This document shows, one piece after another, positions 46,699 to 53,944 of a DNA stretch of 64,000 bases. The translations under genes were made by a program, and so were the position numbers. The notes under the pieces were generated by a model. That model made no database searches and had not been told where the DNA came from. It worked only from the letters and a program-made list of their open reading frames with translations. The stretch is from an uncultured Acidobacteriota bacterium (lineage in GTDB: Bacteria; Acidobacteriota; Thermoanaerobaculia; Gp7-AA8). Every line of letters starts with the position of its first letter. Position 1 is the stretch's first letter. The DNA lies in the NCBI GenBank assembly GCA_963822445.1, contig CAWGHO010000003.1:1088001-1152000 (forward strand). The letters are read 5' to 3'.

Positions 46699-47615
46699 TG
46701 ATTCTCGCGGGTGACGTGGGTGGAACGAACACGCGGCTGCGCGCGGTCGATGCGCGCGGACAGATCGTGCGCGAGCAGAACTACGGGAGCGGAGCGTGGG
46801 GAACGTTCGATGACCTGCTCCGTGATTTTCTGCAGGGTATCGAAGGTCCGATCGACGCGGCCTCTTTCGCCGTTGCCGGTCCGGTGTGGGAAGGACGGGC
46901 GGAGATCACCAATCTGCACTGGCTGATGGAGAGCGCGGCGCTCGCATCCGCGTTTTCGATCGGCCGCGTCTCACTCATCAACGACTTCCACGCGGTCGCC
47001 CTCGGCGTACCACTGCTCGCTGAGGCCGATCTGATCTCCCTCCAGCGCGGGTCGCGCGACAAGAGCCGTCCCATCGCCATCCTTGGCGCGGGCACCGGTC
47101 TCGGGGAGGCCTTCATCGTCAATGGCGAAGTGGTCGACACCGAAGGCGGTCATGGCGATTTCGCACCGCAGACTGAGGAGCAGGCTCGGTTTTTCCTCTA
47201 CCTTCACGAGCGGCACGGTCATGTGAGCTGGGAGCGGGTCGTCTCCGGGATCGGCCTCGTCAATATGTTTACCTTCTTCGGCGGCGAGGAGATCGATGCC
47301 GCGGAGATCGCGAGGCTGGCGGAGCAGGGCGACGAGCGGGCCCGGCGGACCGTGGCGATGTTCGTCGATACCTACGGTGCCGAGGCGGGGAACATGGCTT
47401 TGCGGGTCCTGGCGCGGGGCGGCGTGTTCCTCGCAGGAGGCATCGCCGCGAAGAACGTCAGCTGGTTCAACGACGGCGCGTTCATCGAGGCGTTTCGCCG
47501 CAAAGGCCGCTTCCGCGAGCTCATGGAGAGCATTCCCGTTGACCTGATCGCACGCGAGGACGCCGGCCTGGCCGGCGCGGCCGAGGCGGCGCGGCGTTCG
47601 CTGGAATCCTATTGA
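46695..47615 (+). CDS. glk: Glucokinase
   Basis: GDVGGTN, INDF, GAGTGLG, EGGH, ERVVSG.G, GGI. Confidence 0.92.
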   Translation: MMILAGDVGGTNTRLRAVDARGQIVREQNYGSGAWGTFDDLLRDFLQGIEGPIDAASFAVAGPVWEGRAEITNLHWLMESAALASAFSIGRVSLINDFHAVALGVPLLAEADLISLQRGSRDKSRPIAILGAGTGLGEAFIVNGEVVDTEGGHGDFAPQTEEQARFFLYLHERHGHVSWERVVSGIGLVNMFTFFGGEEIDAAEIARLAEQGDERARRTVAMFVDTYGAEAGNMALRVLARGGVFLAGGIAAKNVSWFNDGAFIEAFRRKGRFRELMESIPVDLIAREDAGLAGAAEAARRSLESY

Positions 47616-47663
47616 GCCGTAGCGGGTTAGGGCCGCACGCGACACGTAAGGAGTCTTTCAAGT

Positions 47664-48758
47664 ATGGGTTTGTCCGTAGGCATCGTCGGCCTTCCGAACG
47701 TCGGTAAGTCGACGATCTTCAATGCGCTCACCGCCGCCGGCGCGCAGAGCGCGAACTATCCGTTCTGCACCATCGAGCCGAACGTCGGCATCGTCCCGGT
47801 AGCCGATCCGCGCCTCATGAAGATCGCCGAGCTCGCGGCCAGCAAGCAGATCGTCTTCACCGACCTCAAAGTCGTCGACATCGCCGGCCTCGTCCGCGGC
47901 GCGAGCAAGGGCGAAGGCCTTGGCAATCAGTTCCTGGCCAACATCCGCGAGACCGACGCGATCCTGCATGTCGTGCGCTGCTTCGAGGATACGAACGTCG
48001 TGCACGTCGAGGGAAGCGTGGATCCGGAGCGGGACATCGAGGTGATCGAGACCGAGCTCCTGCTCGCCGATCTCGACGCGCTCGCCAAACGCAACGACCG
48101 CGTCTCGCGGCTCGCGCGCGTCGGGCAGAAGGAGTACTTCGGCCAGGCCGAGGCGCTGGCGAAGGCGATTGCTGCGTGCGACAAGGGAACGCCGTTGCGC
48201 GCAGCCGGACTGACCGATCAGGAGAAAGAACTGCTCGCGGATCTGAACCTGATCACCATCAAGCCCGTGCTCTACGTGGCCAACGTCGCGGAAGACGATC
48301 TGGGCAAGGAGACGCCGCTGCTGCAGAAAGTGCGGAAGGCCGCCGCGGACAAGGGTGGCGAAGTGGTGGTCATCTGCGGCGAGCTGGAAGCGCAGATCTC
48401 GCAACTTCCGGCCGGAGAGCGCGAGGACTTTCTCAAGGAGATGGGGCTGGAGGAAGCGGGGCTGGATGTGCTCATCCGCGCCGGCTACAAACTCCTCGAC
48501 CTGGAGACGTTCTTCACCGCCGGACCGAAAGAGGCGCGCGCCTGGACCATCCATCGCGGCTCGAAGGCACCGCAGGCCGCCGGGAAAATTCACACCGATT
48601 TCGAGCGCGGGTTCATCCGCGCGGAGACGATCTCGTACGACGACTACATCGCCAACCGCGGCGAGCAGGGCGCGAAAGCGGCCGGCCGGATGCGCAGCGA
48701 GGGCAAGGACTACGAGGTCAAGGACGGCGACGTAATCCTGTTCCGCTTCAATGTTTGA
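47664..48758 (+). CDS. ychF: Redox-regulated ATPase YchF
   Basis: [39 protein letters not shown]. Confidence 0.97.
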   Translation: MGLSVGIVGLPNVGKSTIFNALTAAGAQSANYPFCTIEPNVGIVPVADPRLMKIAELAASKQIVFTDLKVVDIAGLVRGASKGEGLGNQFLANIRETDAILHVVRCFEDTNVVHVEGSVDPERDIEVIETELLLADLDALAKRNDRVSRLARVGQKEYFGQAEALAKAIAACDKGTPLRAAGLTDQEKELLADLNLITIKPVLYVANVAEDDLGKETPLLQKVRKAAADKGGEVVVICGELEAQISQLPAGEREDFLKEMGLEEAGLDVLIRAGYKLLDLETFFTAGPKEARAWTIHRGSKAPQAAGKIHTDFERGFIRAETISYDDYIANRGEQGAKAAGRMRSEGKDYEVKDGDVILFRFNV

Positions 48759-49557
48759 GATACCGTCTAACGAAGGTCTCGCGATCGCGGGCAACCTCGA
48801 CGCACCCGAGCGTCCGCGCGCGCTGGTGATCGTCGTCCACGGCTTCAAGGGCTTCAAGGACTGGGGCTTCTTCCCCTGGCTCGCGCAGCGGCTCACCCAG
48901 CATCACCTGGCCGTCTGCCGTTTCAACATGTCGCGCTCGGGCATCGGCGACGATCCGGAGACGTTCGACCGCCTCGATCTGTTCGAAGACGACACCTACT
49001 CGACGCAACTCGACGATCTTCGCCGCGTGGTCGCGTACGCGCAGCAGCAGGTGCCCAACGTCCCGACCTTTCTCCTCGGCCATTCCCGCGGCGGCGGCAT
49101 CGCCATCCTTGCCGCGTCGGACGTGCCGCATCTGAATGGCGTGATCACCTGGAGCCCGATCTCGCGCGTCGATCGCTGGGATGACGAGACGAAAAAGCAG
49201 TGGCGCGCGGACGGAGTGCGCGAAGAAGTGAATTCACGCACGAAGCAGGTGATGCGCATGTCCACGCGCATCCTCGATGACTACGAGGCCAATCGCGATC
49301 GCCTCGACATCACCGCCGCCGCGAAAGCGCTGAAGGTTCCGCTGCTGGTCATTCACGGCGGCCGCGACGAAAGCGTGTCCGTCGACGAGGGAAGGCTCGT
49401 CGCCGATCAAACACCGCATTCATCAGTGGTCGTAATCGACCGCGCCGGCCACACCTTCAACGCCATCCACCCGCTGGTGCATGTGCCGTTCGAACTGATC
49501 ATCGCCGCGGAGATCAGCGCGCACTTTGTGATCGCCGAAGCGACGCGCCGGTCGTAA
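48751..49557 (+). CDS. Alpha/beta hydrolase
   Basis: HGFKGFKDWG, GHSRGG, HG..D, GHTF. Confidence 0.88.
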   Translation: MFEIPSNEGLAIAGNLDAPERPRALVIVVHGFKGFKDWGFFPWLAQRLTQHHLAVCRFNMSRSGIGDDPETFDRLDLFEDDTYSTQLDDLRRVVAYAQQQVPNVPTFLLGHSRGGGIAILAASDVPHLNGVITWSPISRVDRWDDETKKQWRADGVREEVNSRTKQVMRMSTRILDDYEANRDRLDITAAAKALKVPLLVIHGGRDESVSVDEGRLVADQTPHSSVVVIDRAGHTFNAIHPLVHVPFELIIAAEISAHFVIAEATRRS

Positions 49558-49564
49558 CGGCAAA

Positions 49565-50248
49565 TCACTCCGGCTCGGCAATGAACCGGTATCCGATCCA
49601 CGGCTCAGTCACGATGTAGCGCGGATTCGCCGGATCGGGCTCGATCTTCCGCCTGAGCGCGCTCATGTGCACCCGCACGGTGTCGTGCGTGGTTCCGGCC
49701 GCCGAGTCCCACACCCTGGCGATGATCTGCTCCATGAACACAGGCTTGCCCGCCCGCGTGGCGAGCAGCTCGAGGAGCGCGAACTCGGTCGGCGTCAGCT
49801 TGATCTCGCGATCGCCTTCCGTGACGACGCGAAGCTCGCGATTGATGCTCAACCCGCCGAAGCGCAGCGGTGCCGTGGACGCAGTCGCGCTGCGGCGGAG
49901 TTGCGCGCGAACCCGCGCCAGCAACTCCGGAATGGAGAAGGGCTTGGTGACGAAGTCGTCGGCGCCGAGGTCGAGGGCGCGGATCTTGTCGGCGTCGGCG
50001 CCGCGGACGGAGATCACGATGATCGGCGTTCGCGACGTCCGGCGGATCGCGCTGATCAACTGAAATCCATCCGCCGTGGGCATGGCCAGGTCGGTGAGCA
50101 TCAGCTCGGGGACATTCACGCGAAACGCAGCCAGTCCCGCCCGGCCGTCCTCCGCGGTGATGGTGTCGTAGCCGGCCGCGCGAAGCTCGATGCAGAGCGA
50201 TTCACGAATGCCCGGGTCGTCGTCGACGACGAGGATGACCTCGTTCAC
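49565..50248 (-). CDS. kdpE: KdpE-like OmpR-family response regulator
   Basis: VVDDD, D..MP..DG, ALDLGADD, LTPTEF, KIE.DP..PRYI.TEP.IGYRF. Confidence 0.85.
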   Translation of the reverse strand: MNEVILVVDDDPGIRESLCIELRAAGYDTITAEDGRAGLAAFRVNVPELMLTDLAMPTADGFQLISAIRRTSRTPIIVISVRGADADKIRALDLGADDFVTKPFSIPELLARVRAQLRRSATASTAPLRFGGLSINRELRVVTEGDREIKLTPTEFALLELLATRAGKPVFMEQIIARVWDSAAGTTHDTVRVHMSALRRKIEPDPANPRYIVTEPWIGYRFIAEPE

Positions 50249-51258
50249 GCCGGCCTCGCGACGGGAAGGTCGATCCGCGCGATCGCGCCACCGCCCTCGC
50301 GATTCGTCAGCGTGAACGTGCCGTTGCACGCGGCGGCGAGTCCGCGGGCGATCTCCAGGCCGAGGCCGTGGCGGGGGAGGTCGGAGTCGGGGGCGAGGCC
50401 GGGGCCGCGATCGCGCACTTCCAGACGGACGTGCGAGCCGACGAACTGCGCGGCCAGCTCGATCGGCGTGCCGGGCCGTGAGGCGCGATGCGCGTTCTCG
50501 ACGACGTTCACAAGGATCTCCAGCAGCAGCGACGGATCGGCGTAAGCGTCGGGACAGTCGTCATCGAGCGTGATCGAGACCGGCCGCGCCGCGAGCATCG
50601 ACGCCAGGCTTTCCCGCACCGAGCGAAACAGGTCCGCCGGCGGCGTCGGCTCCGGATGGGGCGTGAAGCGGCCCGACTCCAGCCGGGCGATGGTCAACAA
50701 GTTGTCGATGCGCCGGTGCAGACGCGCAGTCTCGTCGCGGATCGCGCCGACCGTCGTGGCCAGTTCCTGCGAACCGGCCGTTTGCCGCTCCAGCGACGCC
50801 GCGTGAATGCGGATCGCCGTCAGCGGCGTGGTCAGGTCATGCGACACCGCCCGAAGCAGCGAGGTCTTGAACGCGTCGCTCTGCCGCAGCAGATCGATGT
50901 GCGCATTCGCCTCCCCTTCGAGACGCAGCCGCTCCGCCTCGGCCGCCTGCGCCCGCGCCGCGAGCACGAGCCGCGTCACCACCAGCGCGGCGAGCAGAAA
51001 CGCGGTCATGGCCGTCCAGTTGCGGGGATCGTCGATGTGAAACGTGTGCAGCGGCGGAAGGAAGAAATAGTTGTAGCAGGCCGTGGCCAGAAACGACGTG
51101 GCGATTCCCACCTTCAGCCCGGCCCACATCGAGAGGAAGACCACGCCGAACAGGTAGATGAATCCCATGGTCGTGGGATTCACCCGCGTCGCCGCGCCGG
51201 CGGCGGTGAGCGCAACGATCACCACCACGACGGTCAACCACTTGACTGCTGCGCGCAT
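50245..51258 (-). CDS. Minimal KdpD-like histidine kinase (DUF4118 + HisKA + HATPase)
   Basis: NYFFLPP..TF.I, AVSHDL.TPLT, D.GPG, GLGL; lacks KdpD N-terminal, Usp and GAF domains. Confidence 0.85.
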   Translation of the reverse strand: MRAAVKWLTVVVVIVALTAAGAATRVNPTTMGFIYLFGVVFLSMWAGLKVGIATSFLATACYNYFFLPPLHTFHIDDPRNWTAMTAFLLAALVVTRLVLAARAQAAEAERLRLEGEANAHIDLLRQSDAFKTSLLRAVSHDLTTPLTAIRIHAASLERQTAGSQELATTVGAIRDETARLHRRIDNLLTIARLESGRFTPHPEPTPPADLFRSVRESLASMLAARPVSITLDDDCPDAYADPSLLLEILVNVVENAHRASRPGTPIELAAQFVGSHVRLEVRDRGPGLAPDSDLPRHGLGLEIARGLAAACNGTFTLTNREGGGAIARIDLPVARPA

Positions 51259-51274
51259 AAAGACTTTCTAAAGA
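51258..51274. promoter_or_regulatory. Candidate KdpE/OmpR-type direct-repeat operator
   Basis: TAAAGA-N5-TAAAGA (11-bp period), AT-rich, between the divergent kinase gene and kup. Confidence 0.45.
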
Positions 51275-51306
51275 TACGGGAAACGCGTGGCTGCCGGAGT
51301 TAGAAC

Positions 51307-51386
51307 GGTTGCGGGGTTACGAGGTTGCGGGGTTACGAGGTGGCTTTCTTCTCCTCGTAACCCCGCAACCCCGAAACCCCGCAACC
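51307..51386. repeat. Tandem 8-mer hairpin (GGTTRCGR), same family as the ligD insert, abutting the kup ATG
   Basis: ggttgcggggttacgaggttgcggggttacgagg ... cctcgtaaccccgcaaccccgaaaccccgcaacc. Confidence 0.88.
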
Positions 51387-53267
51387 ATGACCACCCACCC
51401 GAAAAACTACCTCCTCACTCTCACCCTCGGCGCCCTCGGCGTCGTTTACGGCGACATCGGAACCAGTCCGCTGTACGCGCTCGAGGAATGCTTCAAGGTC
51501 CATCACGGCCAGCAGATCGCGGTCACGCACGACAACGTCCTTGGCGTGCTCTCGCTGATCACCTGGTCGCTGATTCTGGTGATCTCGCTCAAATATCTGG
51601 TCTTCGTGCTGCGCGCGGACAACCGCGGTGAGGGCGGCATCCTCGCGCTGATGTCCCTGGTCCGGCCGCGCGAGGCAGGGCGCCGCGGGGTCCGCCGCAC
51701 GATCCTCATCGCCCTCGGCCTCTTCGGCTCCGCACTGCTCTACGGCGACGGCATGATCACGCCGGCCATCACCATGCTCAGCGCTTTCGAAGGCATCGAC
51801 GTGGCCACGCCCGTCTTTCACGACTGGATCGTGCCGATGACCGTGGCTGCATTGATCGTGTTGTTCGCGGTGCAGAAACATGGCACCGCCCGCGTGGGGA
51901 TGCTCTTCGGACCGTTGATGCTGGTCTGGTTCGCGGTGCTGGCGGCGCTCGGCGTGTGGAACATCGTCCGCTTGCCGCACGTGCTGCTCGCGGCGAATCC
52001 AGTCTGGGCGGCGAAGTTCCTCCTGGCCCATCCGCTCGCCGGCTACCTGGTCCTCGGCGCGGTGTTCCTCGTCGTCACGGGCGGAGAGGCGCTCTACGCG
52101 GACATGGGGCACTTCGGCGCACGCCCGATCCGCATCGCCTGGTTCAGCGCCGTGTTTCCGGCGCTCCTGCTCAATTACTTCGGCCAGGGCGCGTTGCTGC
52201 TCCGCGATGCGAGCGCGGTGCGCGATCCGTTTTTTCTGATGGCGCCGCAATGGGCGCTGTGGCCGCTGGTCATCCTGTCGACGCTCGCCGCCGCGGTCGC
52301 ATCCCAGGCGGTGATCTCCGGATCTTTCTCGCTGACGCGGCAGGCGGTGCAGCTCGGCTACCTGCCGCGCATCACCATCCGCCACACTTCCGCGCGCGAG
52401 ATCGGCCAGATCTACATCCCGTCGGTGAACTGGCTGCTGATGGTCTGCGCGATCGGCCTGGTCATCGGCTTTAAGGAGACCACCGCATTGGCCGGCGCGT
52501 ACGGTGTCGCGGTCACGGCGACGATGGGCATCACCACGGCGCTGTTCGCGGTGATGGCGCGGGAGCGGTGGGGCTGGAAGCTGCCGATGGTCCTCGCCTT
52601 CGCGGTGCCGTTCCTGATCATCGATCTGGCGTTTTTCGGTGCGAACATCATCAAGGTCGCGGACGGCGGCTGGTTTCCACTGGCCGTCGGCGCATTGGTC
52701 TTCACGGCGATGACGACCTGGTACACGGGACGGCGCATTCTCACCGAGCGCCTCGCCGAAAGCTCGATGAGCAGCGAGGACTTCATCGGCCAGCTGGCGG
52801 CGAACAGGATTCATCGCGTGCGCGGCACGGCGATCTTCATGACCCGCAACCAGGAAGGCATTCCCACCGCGCTGCTGCACAACATCAAGCACAACAAGAT
52901 CGTGCACGACCGGACGGTCCTGCTCACGGTGAACATGGAGGAAAGTCCGCATCTCAGCGATGACGAGCGCGTGGAATGGATCGACCTCGGCCACGGCGTG
53001 TGGCGCCTCATCCTCCACTTCGGATTCATGGAAGACCCCGAGCTGCCGGAACTGCTCGGCAACCTGCAGGGGCCCGTGCCGTTCAACCCGATGGCCACGA
53101 GTTACTTTCTGGGCCGGGAGACGCTCGTCCCGACGGACGACCCGGGCATGGCCGAATGGCGCGAGCACCTCTTCGACTGGATGACCCGCAACGCCACCAG
53201 CGCGTCGATCTTCTTCAACCTCCCCGCAAATCAGGTCATCGAGCTGGGGGCGGTGGTGCGGATGTGA
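51387..53267 (+). CDS. kup: Potassium transporter Kup
   Basis: GVVYGDIGTSPLY, DN.GEGG, GDG.ITPAI, TG.EALYADMGHFG, GQIYIP. Confidence 0.96.
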   Translation: MTTHPKNYLLTLTLGALGVVYGDIGTSPLYALEECFKVHHGQQIAVTHDNVLGVLSLITWSLILVISLKYLVFVLRADNRGEGGILALMSLVRPREAGRRGVRRTILIALGLFGSALLYGDGMITPAITMLSAFEGIDVATPVFHDWIVPMTVAALIVLFAVQKHGTARVGMLFGPLMLVWFAVLAALGVWNIVRLPHVLLAANPVWAAKFLLAHPLAGYLVLGAVFLVVTGGEALYADMGHFGARPIRIAWFSAVFPALLLNYFGQGALLLRDASAVRDPFFLMAPQWALWPLVILSTLAAAVASQAVISGSFSLTRQAVQLGYLPRITIRHTSAREIGQIYIPSVNWLLMVCAIGLVIGFKETTALAGAYGVAVTATMGITTALFAVMARERWGWKLPMVLAFAVPFLIIDLAFFGANIIKVADGGWFPLAVGALVFTAMTTWYTGRRILTERLAESSMSSEDFIGQLAANRIHRVRGTAIFMTRNQEGIPTALLHNIKHNKIVHDRTVLLTVNMEESPHLSDDERVEWIDLGHGVWRLILHFGFMEDPELPELLGNLQGPVPFNPMATSYFLGRETLVPTDDPGMAEWREHLFDWMTRNATSASIFFNLPANQVIELGAVVRM

Positions 53268-53283
53268 GCGGCGGCGGGCCGCC

Positions 53284-53372
53284 GAATTGAAAATTGAGAA
53301 TTGAAAATTGAAAACGAGGGCAACTACTCATAACCGTCACGTTTTCAATTTTCAATTTTCAATTTTCAATTC
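53284..53372. repeat. AT-rich tandem 7-mer hairpin (AATTGAA / TTCAATT) between convergent genes
   Basis: gaattgaaaattgagaattgaaaattgaaaacg ... cgttttcaattttcaattttcaattttcaattc. Confidence 0.9.
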
Positions 53373-53938
53373 GCCTCCGCGCCCCACGGGGGCGCGGGAG
53401 GCGTCACCGGCTTCGTCAGATCGAACTCCACCCGAAACCGCCGCCCCTGCGCCTCGCGGCGCAGTGCGTAGGTGAAGGTCCTGCCGGGATCGACGGCCAC
53501 GGTCCAGATGTTCGTCGCCGCGGTGGGGATCAGCTTCGCGGTGAAGTCATCGGCGTAAAAGTCGAGCGCGAGTGGATTCACGATCGCGCGCGTGTCCCCG
53601 CCGTATTGCGTGACGCGATCTTCCGAGCCGTCCTCGTGACGATGATCGTGTTTGAGGCGGACGCCATCCGCGGTCCGGGTGAGGACCCACGTGCGCGAGC
53701 GGTTTTCGCCGGCGTGGAAGGGGATGCGGATCTCGTTTGCCGAGCATTCCCGGATGTGCATGACCAGGCGCTGCTCGCGGAACGCCGCGTCGGACGGCTC
53801 GGTGCCTTCGACCACGCGTCCTTCGAAGGCTTTGCCGCACAACGGCTGCAGCGCGGACCAGAGCGAATCGGCCGGCGTCGACGTGCGGCAGGCGGACAGG
53901 AGGAAAAACAGAACAAAGACTGCTATCGTTCTCGGCAC
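53366..53938 (-). CDS. Hypothetical lipoprotein
   Basis: Lipobox LSAC; LCGKAF.G, SRTW, LKHDHRHEDG, T.YGG, PPPPW-like C-terminus. Confidence 0.8.
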   Translation of the reverse strand: MPRTIAVFVLFFLLSACRTSTPADSLWSALQPLCGKAFEGRVVEGTEPSDAAFREQRLVMHIRECSANEIRIPFHAGENRSRTWVLTRTADGVRLKHDHRHEDGSEDRVTQYGGDTRAIVNPLALDFYADDFTAKLIPTAATNIWTVAVDPGRTFTYALRREAQGRRFRVEFDLTKPVTPPAPPWGAEAN

Positions 53939-53944
53939 ACCATC

